Positions 11,401-23,534 of a DNA stretch of 63,820 bases are shown here, piece after piece. The stretch spans positions 164,911 to 228,730 of the forward strand of contig NMRA01000476.1 of the NCBI GenBank assembly GCA_002633005.1, in the 5' to 3' direction. How positions within the stretch are numbered: the first letter of the stretch is position 1; each line of letters starts with the position of its first letter. The translations under genes were made by a program, and so were the position numbers. The notes beneath the pieces were generated by a model, which was given only the letters and a program-made list of their open reading frames with translations, searched no databases and was not told the DNA's origin. The stretch comes from Phoronis australis (taxonomy: Eukaryota > Animalia > Phoronida).

Positions 11401-13812
11401 TTTCATGCAGTTGCAAGGTGGTTCTGCATTATTCTTCCTTGATACACGGTATATAGTTCATATTTGAAGTTCCCAAGAATGAAGATAAAGTATTTTGCTA
11501 GACATATATGAAATATTGTAAAAACAGATAATTTTAGTGAATGAGGTTTGAAAATTCCTTTATCGGTGAGTGAGCTGTGGAGCTATGCTGTCTAGGATAT
11601 CAGTGGTTACATTTGTCTTGAATGTTTGTGTCTTCACTAAACAAGCATTGCGATAAAGATGCTATGTCTCATTAAAACCGTGAATATTTAAATTTGTAGC
11701 ATGCGTTATCTAGTGACTTCCTGAAGAACTGTGTGTACAAGTATAATCAGGAAACGAAACGATTTGAAAAAAATTGCGGTTTTAAAGAAAACACAACTGA
11801 TACACTTACAAACAAGTGTGAACATATAAAAACCCTAGTAATTCTAAATAATACCCAATCGTTATTTGAGAGGGAAATAAACAAATAATAAAAACTGTGC
11901 CTTGTTTCACTAGGGTAACGATAAAATATTACTTTTCTGGTTTACATGAAAATAGTAGTAGTTTGTAAATTAATACTTTATTTACAACTTAAGGAGACCA
12001 TGCATCTTAATATGCATCAATACCAATTTGAAGTGTATTTTTAAACTCGCCTGCTCGTCGACCATAATAGATCGTTCTTATATACCGACTAAATATTTCA
12101 GTGTCATGGCAAGCATCTAACTTAAGGTGCCTGAGAGTGTGTAGACAGTGACCATCATCCTTAGTTGGCCACACTAGAGACGGAGCTTCATTAGGCAATT
12201 ACATCACCCTGGATGCCGCACTGGATGCCACAGGCATACAGGGGCGATGGTACATCCCCACAAAAAGTTACTCATTTCAAAATACAGCACATAAAACCAA
12301 ATGAACCATACATATAGGAACACGGATTTATAATTAACACATACCATGACTCTGGATACGATTTAGTCAGCAAAACTTGAACAAATCGATGAAAATCTGT
12401 CGCAGTTTGCTGAAGTTTCTCATACCGGGCGCCATTTTGAGGAAGTTAATACGTGAAATCACGCATGTTGACGAATAAAAAGTCCAAGGGATATAAATCT
12501 TACGAATTTCAACCGATACCTTCCCATGCTATTTTGCAAGTGTCACGCGCTAGCATCAGGCGCTTCGCTCACGTGACCCAGTTGACATACTTGTGGTTAT
12601 CGCGCGCGTGGTGAAAAAGTTAACGGCAACCAAAAAAGTGGAGTTGGAATTCTTCGCCAAAGTCAGCTTAATTCTCACAACAAAGCTTCATCGAAGATAC
12701 GTATAGAAGTAAAAAAGACCAATGGTGAAAGTAAGCGCTTTTTTAAATGATAGTTTTAAGAGTGGAATGTATTTTTGACGATGTGAAACCTCAAAATCGG
12801 TGGCCGGATTAGGGTTACCTCCCGTTTAAAATACATGTAACGACATGAAAGTATTGTAGCCCCTAAATGGCCAACCGAGGGGCTACATGTTGCCTAGAGC
12901 TTCATATGCCAGAAAGTTTTTGGCAAATTAAGCCTCACACTGATGGCAGGCACACTAAGAATAGAAGCATGTGCAGGGTAAAAATGGCCACTTGCTGATT
13001 TGGGCAACTGAACGAAGGACTGCTCGAAGAAAAAACTTTATTACGGGAGTATTTGAAAGAGTTGGAAGGAATTGAAGACATCAACAGCCTCCTATGGCTA
13101 CGGCCTCCCTCTATGACTATGTGCAAAAGGTACTTATAATAGCATGACTTTGATGTTTTAATCAGTGTGAGGCTTATTTCGCCGAAAAATTTTCTGGAGT
13201 ATGGATGTCTCTACTGGGACCAGCTGGAGACGGTGGTCACTGTGTAGTAAGTGTGACATCTGACTCTGGAGCAGGACACTGTACATGGTATTAGAAGATT
13301 AATTGATAATGGTTTGGTGAACCCCTATGTTGTGAAAATTTATTGAGTTTTGTGTTTGATATGGACGGCTGAAATGAAGCACCAGTGTAATTCCAGGTCT
13401 CGAGTATCATACTTTGCAGTATTGTATTGTACTGGGGACGATCGGAAGCTGAGGACGCCTGTGTATCAACTTAGTTTTGTCGGACTGAGACAGATTACCT
13501 CAGATCATTTAAAATTCACAAGGCAGCGATCTACAGTTTCCACACTTTCATATATTTTTTCTTAAAACACAAAATGAGTACGATACCTTCACAAGAAGTC
13601 TCAAATAGATATCTTCACTCTTGGGCTCTGTCCTGCGGACCTTTCGGTCATGTTTGTGATTGATATCTATGCCCTGAAATAAAGAATATCATATATTTCT
13701 GGTATTTTAGAGGTTTAAGTAGGCTATTAAGGACAAAGGACTGTAGTTCATTAATTGATGTTAACTTTAGTAGCAGATTAAAATAACAAACTCCACCAGA
13801 CCCACTCACCAT
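2449..13812 (-). CDS. RPL18: 60S ribosomal protein L18 (eL18), complete, 188 aa
   Basis: Exons 13810-13812 (ATG), 13587-13673, 6441-6548, 5918-6016, 4982-5105, 3789-3858, 2449-2524, all GT-AG, total 567 nt. Translation [39 protein letters not shown]...[15 protein letters not shown]...ITFDQLAL...[30 protein letters not shown] on minus strand at 2396-2401. Confidence 0.98.
3193..3749 (-). mobile_element. Helentron-type (HINE) non-autonomous element, family A
   Basis: One end ACAAGAGCAACGTGAAGTGTTGAAATATGCCCACAA; other end palindrome ATGCACCCACAATATTGTGGGTGCAT. Same termini as the 20419-22970 copy. Confidence 0.6.
7594..8698 (+). mobile_element. Kolobok-type non-autonomous element (degraded THAP + convergent second-ORF remnant)
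   Basis: TIR AGATATCCCACCATG / CATGGTGGTAACTCT; TTGA (decayed) left and TTAA (8699-8702) right. THAP remnant [24 protein letters not shown]...[10 protein letters not shown] from 7819; minus-strand PYELDP motif. Homologous to 36034-36884. Confidence 0.75.
9161..10231 (+). pseudogene. Kolobok THAP-transposase, N-terminal part (disrupted)
   Basis: THAP ([10 protein letters not shown]...RFP...W...CGKHF...DAIPSV), then in-frame TAG at 9443-9445, RSAFLKRE, CxxC...CxxGH zinc finger, LFTGN motif, a frameshift at the T-run ~10028-10035, and [15 protein letters not shown] with the preceding GDGR missing. Confidence 0.85.
10225..10502 (-). pseudogene. Kolobok second (KolX-like) protein, N-terminal part; acidic leader + YMFEP + P2X7-ballast/nanor-like Cys cluster
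   Basis: [18 protein letters not shown]...[10 protein letters not shown]...[24 protein letters not shown], truncated at the internal deletion junction. Confidence 0.75.
12896..13212. mobile_element. MITE-like element with ~50-bp imperfect TIRs (partial inverted copy at ~14528-14760)
   Basis: TAGAGCTTCATATGCCAGAAAGTTTTTGGCAAATTAAGCCTCACACTGAT versus ATCAGTGTGAGGCTTATTTCGCCGAAAAATTTTCTGGAGTATGGATGTCTCTA. The interior matches the reverse complement of 14560-14760. Confidence 0.6.
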
Positions 13813-13967
13813 CGTAAAAGATGGCTGCCAAAAAGGAAGTTCAATTGCATTCTGGGTCGAAATTGTATTTCTTCACTTCCGATGTTGTTGACTCGTCGCT
13901 GACTCGTCTGACGCATTGGCCACAAATTGGCCATTGCTCACTGCTGAAGCTGGGAACAAAGGTGAGT
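13813..13967. promoter_or_regulatory. Bidirectional RPL18/SPHK promoter: 5'TOP/TCT initiator, YY1- and ETS-like sites, putative non-coding SPHK exon 1
   Basis: Minus-strand CTTCCTTTTT (13830-13839) just upstream of the RPL18 ATG; AAGATGGC YY1-like site 13818-13825; CACTTCCG ETS-like site 13874-13881; strong plus-strand donor AAG|GTGAGT at 13961/13962. Confidence 0.75.
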
Positions 13968-16900
13968 TCGTTTCTCTTGAAACAATTTCCAACTAGATTA
14001 ACCGACTTTCTAAAATGTACACCTGTTAATTCATAGTTAATTACCGCTTCCTTGTTTCCAGAATGAGCGTACTTTCACACTTTCTAGTTCCACAAGACAA
14101 GTACATAACAAGTCGTAACATTAAACATTGTCATTGTCCATTGTCATTGAAATCGAATAACTCTCTCTGGACACTGCGCCTGTACACAGACACTTACATG
14201 GGCGGCGCAGCACTGAAATAAGTGGTGTGGCTATAGCCCTCTCAGCTCCCTGTGGTGTAGACAATATTTACTGAGTAGTTGTTCAATTGTTGTTGGTCTT
14301 GTCGAACTATAAATTTCCGTTTTAGGCCCGAAGACATAATCTCCCATTTTAGTGTAGACAGAACCACCGTCTCAACTGGCCCCAGGCCCAGTAGACCCCC
14401 CCCCCCCTAAATTTTCCCAGATACCATTTGGCAGTCGGGTGGTGCCAATGTCTGACAGGCGAAATCCTGGCTAATACTCTGCCCTGGCAACCCCCCCAAC
14501 TCAAAATCCTGGTTCCACCCCTGTAAGCCCTCCATATACTAGAAGCTTTTGAGCAACTTGTGCCTCACACTGATTAAAACATCAACGTTATGTTGCTATT
14601 GGAACATTTTGCACATAGAGGGACGCCTCAGGAAGTCGTTAATGACTTTAACTCTTCTCAGCTCGAACAAATACTACTGTAGTCCTGCAATCAAACTTTT
14701 TCGAACAGTCCTTCGTTCAGTTGCAGATTTAGGCAACTGAATGAAGGACTTCCATTTTTTCACTACTAGTAACTCATACTAGGGGATATAACATCTGAGC
14801 ATGAGTGTTTGAAATCAACGCATTAGAAGTTGGGCATGTTTACCCAAACAGTCGATTTGCTTCATAATTTTGGCCCATATGTATGATTAATGATAATGCA
14901 CATGAGACAAAAGAGCTGTTTCATGTCTCTATTAGTAAAAAGTTGATATATATGGGAAGGTGGTACACATGATTTACAAGAATACATGCCTTTACAAATT
15001 GCGCCTCACTCATCTCACTGACTCCACTCAGATTCACCAGTGGACATCCGATATTCCATTAGTACATAGTGGTTCATTAATTTGAAAACAATAGACTATA
15101 TTCCACTGCCATTAGTACATAGTGGTTCATTAATTTGAAAACAATAGACTATATTCAACTTCCATTTCTTCTCATTGATAAGATTATGTTCATTAATTTA
15201 TTTTAGCTTTTTGACGTCGTTCTGAATGGAAATTCTCCCATTGACTTTGCAGGGCACAGAATTTTCTATGCAGTGGGAAATGTATGGAACACGATTTCCT
15301 TCATCTATGGAAATATCAAATTTCGAGAAGTTATGCCTTTTCCATAAGCACACCCCATTGTACATCAGTGGAAATTTGCAGGCATTACGATAGCAGGAAA
15401 AGCTTTTAAGGGCTGTTATACAAGTAGGTTGAATTTTCCCGTCCGCATCACATGGGATCTGTAGGTGTCGTTGAACACCTGACCACCACAGACCTGATCA
15501 CGGTCTGGCGGTATAGTGAAGTTCAACGGGGCGGAGCTATTTCGAAAATTAGCTATTTCCCTGGGCCATAATGCGGTCAAGTACAGTATGTTCACATTAC
15601 ATACAAAAACATGATGAGCTGATAGAAGGAATTTATGCAACTAATAGAAGACATAAAACAGATATGAGGGTTGCTATAATGTGGTGTCAACATCGCAGAT
15701 AGGTGATTACTAAAATGCTGAGATCAATTTCTATGGAAAAATTGCTCTCAAGGTCACCCATGGGAGTTGAAAATATGCCACCTTTTATTAAAATGTGGGG
15801 CTGATACCAGCAGAAAATGAAGGAATGCACAAATTTATAATTTTGCTACTTTATTGATTGGAAATGATAACGACTTTAAACCGTATTTTGCTCTTCCAAT
15901 CTTCAGGGTCTGGAAATCAAAATCGCATAAATTACCTTTCAAAACTTGATTTTAATGAAAGGGGTAATTGTCGCCGAGTTGCCATGCTAATTTGTTAAAA
16001 AAGCTAGCTTTGGATACAATTGAGTAGCTAACAGAACTTTGCTAAAATTGATATAGGGATACGTTTTTTTCTTTGAACAGCGAGACCCGGGTTTCAAAGT
16101 GAGTGGGTCACAAACCAGAACCACTTATGCTTTTTTGTTAGGTCTTATGAAAAGGTATTACATCAGTATCATTCATGAGTAACTACATATTTCAGGTCTT
16201 ATGGTTTCAAGGAAGAGTGAATGTTTGGAAAATTAGGTTTTTCAAACCTCCGGCAAAACATCCCCAGACTATTAGTGAGGTTTAAGGTTCATTGTTGTGA
16301 AGTCCTGACATTTTATCTCCGGTAAGCTAAAACAGCTGGTCCATCAGTAGACTGGTGGATTGTTTTCTAGTCAAATCAAATTAATATCAAGTCATACTTT
16401 GAAAGTCGTAATAGAATCTTTTCATTTGTTTCATTGATCTTCCAACGCAACCATGTAAAATTGGTCTCAAAGGGGGCTACTCCTTGGCCCCTTTAAGTGG
16501 TGCATTAATAATTTTGTATTGGCTAAAAGTTATGAAATAGATATACGATAGAACTAGGTGAAATTCTAAATCAAAAGAGATTACACACTTCATTTGGGCT
16601 TTTCCCAGACCCCTTTAAATTGAGCATAAATAGTTTTTTATTGGCTGAAAGTTATGATAAATAACGTAGAAAATAAATCCGAGACTAAAAGACGCGATCC
16701 AGATACACTTGCTTGTCGAAAAGTTGTTGTTTTATTTACGTATATTTATTCCACTTTCTGAAAGTTATGAAATACTTGGTAAAATGTTAAATTACAAGAG
16801 ATTTATCCTCATCATTTGGGGTTGGACATCTGTTCAAGTATTATAGTCTATAAATTATGCTTCGTATCTTTAGTACTTTGACCTGTATTAGGTCTACTAC

Positions 16901-18082
16901 TGGATGCTCTTTTGCTGTTATCTTTGGTACTTTCCACTATGGCTTATAACATTGTTTCATTTTTGTGGGGAATTGAAACAAATGTTAGTTTCACTTGATT
17001 TGTTCACTGGTGGGATAAAGGGGATGTATAGTTGATATCAGAGCTCAAGTTACAAGACTTCCCTGTTGTACAAATTCATTGATGATTGAAGCAGGCATTA
17101 CCCTAATAATATACGTCATTCTATATGTAGCAATATGTCCATGCAGAGAACAATACTCTTCAATGTACAACTCTCCCACAGTGCAGTTCGACCAAACTTT
17201 CAAAAAGTGCATTGACCATATTTTCATGAAGTTTGCCCAGTTCTTGATTTTCAAGCAGCCGTGTATGTATATGTATGTATATGTACACAATTCATTCCTT
17301 GTTATTTCTGAGGCTATTTTGACCAAACTTTCAAACAAATATGCTTCACTAACTAAGACAGTACCCTCTGTTGCAGTTCTGAAAATTTATGCCAAATAGA
17401 CTCATGAAAGACACATAGATGAAGCACCTAACTTTAGTGATCGTGCTTTAGTACCTGTCTTAACATGTGGGGGAGAAGTAATCTGTCTAGCAAACATCCA
17501 TTCCAAAGTTTGATCTTATGGCCAAATAGACATACTAAAGCTGGGGAGAATGATAGGTTTCCCAGGGGTGTTATAAAGTTTCATTAGCCAAGGTTGTGCT
17601 GTTGTAGAATGTTGAAGGTTTGTATTTTGTTCTTCATTTATAATCGTCTCTGGTAGTTTTTACCTGGATACTTTACCTTTGTACAGTGTTGCTTTGAATA
17701 TGAACTAAAAGCATTTCACCAATTTCCTTCATCCTCAATGTTTACCGGAGGTTACAGGTTGCTCCTCTTCACAAAACTGTTTCAAACATATCCACACCAT
17801 GATCAATCATTTAGGGCATTGGCAACATCATTAGCCATTAGTTTTGAGACTGTTAGCCAGCCCTTCTCCTCTAAGTCTTTTCATGTTAGCTATTGGCAGT
17901 TGGTCACTTTAACTCCCTCTGGTTATAGAAACTAGCATGTCTAGGGAATTTTTGAGAACAATTTACCTGAGTTACATAACCAAATTATGATGATTAGGTA
18001 TGTTTAAGGAGTAACCAAAGGTAGTTTTTGATGGTTTATTTTAGTAGTAGTACTTGACAACTTGTACTTAATTAGTTTTGGC

Positions 18083-18440
18083 TCCTGGGGGTACTCGACT
18101 ATATTTTTGATGGAGGTGCAGCTGGATAATTAAGATACCCACCTTGGTCACCCATTTAGAGAGTGAAAAGGGACCCCCCATGAAAAAACACACTTTCTTA
18201 TTTCAAAAAGACCATCCTTTATGGGGGTTAATTCTTTGAACTTAACCCTTTTGTAAGGATTCTTGGATAGCATAATTTTTAACTCCCAAAGTGACCCCTT
18301 TTGCTGCGAATTTTGTTGGAAGAATTCTTTCACAGAATTTTATCAGAAAAGGCACCCTTGTATTGGGAAACAGGACGTGAAAAAGTCATCCTTATGGGTG
18401 GAACATGCAGCATAGCTGTTCTATGGGAGTGCTCCCCCGG
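18083..18440. mobile_element. Short non-autonomous DNA element with CC(T)GGGGG...CCCCCGG termini
   Basis: CCTGGGGGTACTC at left and GAGTGCTCCCCCGG at right form imperfect inverted ends; no clear TSD. Confidence 0.35.
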
Positions 18441-20418
18441 TATAGTTTTTGTACATGAAGTAGTTGTGGTATTGGTTCAGTTTTTAGAAAATGGTGATGT
18501 CATTGTACCTTTTACCATAAAACCGCCACTAACAGCTGGGTTTCCAGTTAAGGTGGTCTCCAAGCTTAGCTATGGCTAATTACGGGTGGGGGGGGGAGAA
18601 GAGGGAACTAACAAACACTGAGTGTTTTCTACGAGACAAGTCTCCTATGGTTTATACGTTACATCACCTTTAGAACAAAATTTGGTGATAATGCGAAACA
18701 AAGTGCTGGTATGTACAAAATGTCCAGAACCACAGTCTGAGACCTTGAGCACTTACTTACTAGTTCTGGAATTGTTTGGTTGGACTTTTGTTAAATTACT
18801 ACACTTCTGATGTTATTTTGTAGTACTGTAAAAACAGGCTGTCCAGTGAATATTTCAAATGTCTGTCTAGAGATCATTGTTTTTTTTTTGCAAATGTGGT
18901 TATTTTTTACCACCAGATCAACAGAAGGTTAACTGACAAGGAACACACCAGCCATGTACCTCTACAGATTCAATGCAGTCCTGCACAGACATCAAATATC
19001 CATAAATTATTATATGAGGAAAAAAAGTTCTCAAGTGTTGGGTTACATGATCAAATTGATAAGCATATTTTTTACTCGCAGAGACCCAGCTGTTCACTAA
19101 CACATCCTCATGTATGCAGAGAATGGTGCTACCCCCCCATACACAATGCATTTAATATATGAGAGGTTCATAAATTGTGGTTGTTGTCAAGTCATATGAG
19201 GGAGACCTCTAGGTTTATGTTCACCAAACAATAGCAGGTGATCATGTAAGGAGGTGTGTCTACCTGTTAGTGGATTGTGCTGATGCTGCACTGAGTATTC
19301 TGCTGGATTGTGCTGATGCTGGACTCCGTATTCTGCTCTATAGTTATTTTGTTTTCTTACAAATTTCCTCCATCAGGGTATCTTTATTTATAACTTAATG
19401 TACTAATACAGCAGTGAAAATAATTGTAAAGTAGCCTTGGTCCTAGAAATGATCCTCCTTGTCATGTGAGCAAAATAGAGATGAATGCTGAGCAATTGAA
19501 AACAGGGAAATGTTTTATGTAAATCAGCCGAGTTACCAGTGAGTATTTGTCAGACAGTCGTTCTTTCTACTCAGTCTTGGAAAATATTGCACACAGAGTG
19601 CTAATACTTATACACAATGTAGCTGTTGACAGCCCCAACATATAAGAAAACAAATAAGAACTTTGCCATTATTGATCAAAGCGTGTCCATGCACAATTTG
19701 AAGCTGGTGTTATGTGTTGAAATCTTAATTATTAGTGGCAATGTGTACTTTGCACGGGAATTAGCCAAATTGGTGATAGTTTTAGGAGTACTCATTGTGT
19801 CACTGACACATCAAATTTTCCAGTAACAATGTGGTTGGCAAACAGGCCACTTTAAAGTTGCCGCCATCACCTATTTATGTGTCTTTTATGACATGTGTTT
19901 GTGACCAAAACATTAACTTTTAATAGGGTTATTTGGTTTAAAGTGTTATGACAATAAACAAGGACAAAAAATGCCACAGTGACCTAGAAAGCTCTTCCAC
20001 AAATTGGCCCACAGGTTAGAGACTTTGTGTATCATTTGAACCATAGCCACATTTTTCGAAAATGATTCTTGACAAATATGACATTATATACTGGTAGGCA
20101 ATTGAGCATTGCTCAAAAGTGTCTCCTACTCCTCTGAGCTCGGTTTTATTAGTGAATGTATGTAAGAGAATGAATGAGAACGTGGATATCATGCAAAAGC
20201 GATTTCTGGGGCTATGCTCATATTTTTTGCCCAGTTTGCTGCACTGTGAATAATTTTTCACTGGGGTTTTGAAACACCTTTTAGTGCACCTGCTTCAACT
20301 AAATACTCGATGAGTGCTTTAGGTAAAACTTGCACATCTTTGATAGCAATGTGCTGCGTCTTTTGCAAATTAACACTTTCCTCTGGCATCAATCTTGAAT
20401 TTTGTTTAGCTCTTCAAT

Positions 20419-22970
20419 TTTTATGCGCCCACATATTTATATGTGGATGCATTATGCAGTCATCTCCGTCCGTCCGTCCATCTGTCCGTCCGGCGTCCGT
20501 CCGGCATCCATCTGGCATCCGGTGCCTGGTGTCCGCTGCTCTATCTACGCCTTGATGTATGTTCATGAAATTTTGCACGTGTTCCTTCCGTGGATGGGAT
20601 GGAATGAGCAAACTTTCGGACGGATCTGACAACCAGTGTGCCCCCTAGTGGCAATTTTAGTTTTTTACGTTTACCTCAGTATCTTCAAAAGTCCTGAACG
20701 GATTTTCATAACAAATTTGGTATATAGACACCTATTAGAGAGGTGATGCTATCCTCTCGTTTTTAGATGGATTTGACGCCACCTAGTGGCCATTTTTACT
20801 GTTTTCGAGTCTGTTTTTTGCGTCTACCCCTCTATCAACCAAACCGCTCAAAGGATGATTGTGAAAATTGGCATGTATGTTCTTACTATGAAGTAGACAG
20901 CTGACGATGATTTTCCGACGACTTCGACTACTGTGGCACCTCCTAATGGCAGTTTCGTTTTTTGCACCTATGTCTGTATCCCCTAAACTGTTCGCAGGAT
21001 CTTTATTACGTACTCTGCGCGTGCAAGCGCGGAGTACTGTTGTTCTTGGGTTTTTTTAATTTTATTCTTATTCTTATTCTTATTCTTCTTCCGACCAACT
21101 TCGAGGCTTAATAACTCCAAAATGGGTGCAGGTATGTTCTTTAAATTCTGCATGTGATTTTGGCAGTACATAAATTTTGATTCGTTATATAATCATATTC
21201 CATATTGGACCAGAAGAGGTCATTTGGTGCAAAGGTCATGTAATTTTCAAAATGCTACTTCTTCTTCATTTTTAAAGCTATTCTTTTCAAATTCGGTGCA
21301 CATGTTTAAGTCAATAAGGCAATTTAAAAAATTACTTTTCTAAGTAATTGGGTCATCCAATCAGGTGAAATAGGTCAAAGGTCATTAGGTGCAAACTAAA
21401 ATTTTGAGCCAGACACTTCAAATTGACAGGTCTGATTGCCACAGGTAAATCAAATCGGAATCCAAAGTTTCAGGTCATTTAGTGCAAAATGGGGTCATTA
21501 GGTACATTTTTCTTCTGAAAATTTGACTTTTTCAATCAGCAAGTATTTTGACGTGTCAACCGTTAGACAACTGTGATTCTCAGCATTAAACACATTTTCC
21601 ATGGGCTTTGCAATAATTCTCCTAAAGACGCTTATAATGCACCGGATAGGGTCAATTAGTGCAAAGGTCATGTAACGTTCAAAATGTTATATCTCTTACG
21701 TTTTTCAAGGAATTCTTTTCAATTTCAGCACACTGGTGTAAGTCAACATGCCAAGTGAATACACTTTTAATCGAGTTAACAATTACTCCCTCATCGGGGC
21801 TCATAATGCACCGGAAGAGGTCAATTAGTGGAAAGGTCATCAAAAAATTAATATGTAATTTCTCCTACAATTTTAAAGAATTCTTTTTCATATTGGTAAA
21901 CGGGTTGCTGTCAGTAACTTCCCATAATAATTCCAGTAATACGCATGCGCAGAGTCCGTTATTGTCACGCCATGACAATAATCTTTCTAGTTAAATTTAG
22001 TAAGTGTATTTGTATGCTGCGAACAACAGAGGACTTCGACTTTCAGACGAATTTGACTACTGGCGTGCCACCTTTTTTTACGTTAACCTCTGTATGTTCA
22101 AAGATCCTCAACGTATTTTCATAAAATTTGACATGCAGGCATCTGTTAATGAGGTGACAATTTCTCTCCGTTTTCAGATGGATTCCACCTAGTTTGCGCC
22201 ACCTAGTGGCCATTGTTACTGTTTTCGAGTTTTTTGGCATCCACTCGTCTATCAACCAAACCGCTTTTAGGATAATTGTGAAAATTTGCATGTATGTTCT
22301 TACTATGAAGTGGACGGCTGACGACGATTTTCCGACGGGTTCAACTACTGTGGTGCCTCCTAGTGGCAGTTTTGTTTTTTTGGGCTCATGGCTGCATCTA
22401 TTATACCGTTTGCAGGATCTTTACTTAATTTAGCAAGTGTATTTGTATGATGTTGACAATGAACGACAATGACTTTTGGACAGAGCTGACTACTGGTGTG
22501 CCTCCTACTGGCAATTATAGTTTTTCACGTTTACCAATCTGTATCTTCAAAGGTCCTCAACAGATTTTCATAAAATTTTGAATATAGGCATCTATTGGTG
22601 AGATGACGCTATCATCCTGTTTTTGGATGGAATCGATTTATTTTGCGCCACCTGGTGGACATTTTTGATGTTTTCAAATCTTGTGTTTGGCGTCCACCCC
22701 TCGATCAACCAAAGCATTCTAGGGATGGTTTTGAAAATTGGCGTATATGTTTTTAGTGTGAAAAGGACGTTTGATGATTGCGACTGACTACTGAGTTGCG
22801 TCCTAGTGGTAGTTTTGTTTTGTTTTGTGCCCACAGCTGTATCTCCAAAACCCACTGCAGGATCCTTATTAAATTTAGTAAGTGAATTTATGTGAAGATA
22901 ACAGATGACGAAATTCAGGCATTTGCGATGCATTTGTGGGCGCGTTTCAACGCTCCGCGTTCCTCTTGTT
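20419..22970 (+). mobile_element. Helentron-type (HINE) element family A with internal tandem modules
   Basis: 5' stem-loop ATGCGCCCACATATTTATATGTGGATGCAT, (CCGT)n-like microsatellite, repeated modules (CCACCTAGTGGC/CCTCCTAGTGGC), 3' subTIR TGTGGGCGCGT plus short hairpin AACGCTCCGCGTT, T-rich flanks. Confidence 0.7.
21005..21992 (+). mobile_element. Second Helentron-type (HINE) element nested in the family A copy
   Basis: 5' stem-loop GTACTCTGCGCGTGCAAGCGCGGAGTAC, (ATTCTT)n, 3' subTIR GCATGCGCAGAGTCC, hairpin TTATTGTCA-CGCCA-TGACAATAA, then CTAG. It splits the host module GGATCTTTATT|AAATTTAG, seen intact at ~22860-22880. Confidence 0.7.
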
Positions 22971-23534
22971 TTATCTATGTTGCAGCTATAACGTTTTCTA
23001 TTTCGAAAATAGTAACTGCATTCAAGTGCTCAACATTTTCATAGTGTATGATCCTAAGCTATTGTGTGTTAATTGCTTTAAGCAAAACTTAAAAAAGCTT
23101 TCATTGAACTGACATGTTACCCCCGACTGAGCCAGCTCTGAGAGAAGCAGACCATTGAATTTTATTGTATTGAGATTTTTTTTCAAGAGCCATCACTATT
23201 GAGGATACTCCCATTCATTTTGTATGTGGTTGCTAGGGTCCCTTTGTGGCCAGGTAACAAAACTCGTAGGTATATTTTAAAACAATTGCAGGTATCCTAG
23301 TTAAGAAAAACACTGTGGTGGGAGACTTTTTGCGTATAAGAAGAACATAATTCTTGTCACTGGCAAACCCTGTTTGGTAGGAATTTCATATTCACAGCGC
23401 CTCGTTATCCAAACAACGTTGGGCCAAGTATACCTCAGGTAACCCTTCTGAACACGTGTAGAGTTATAACAAGTGGTATGTTGTTTGTTACTTTCAGAAC
23501 TGATGAGACCAAGCTAGCTAAAGACATCACTAAT

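Noticed and set aside
15051-15157. ~53-bp local duplication (also a 13-bp x3 repeat at 25551-25590)
   Set aside because: Simple slippage-type duplications with no further structure.
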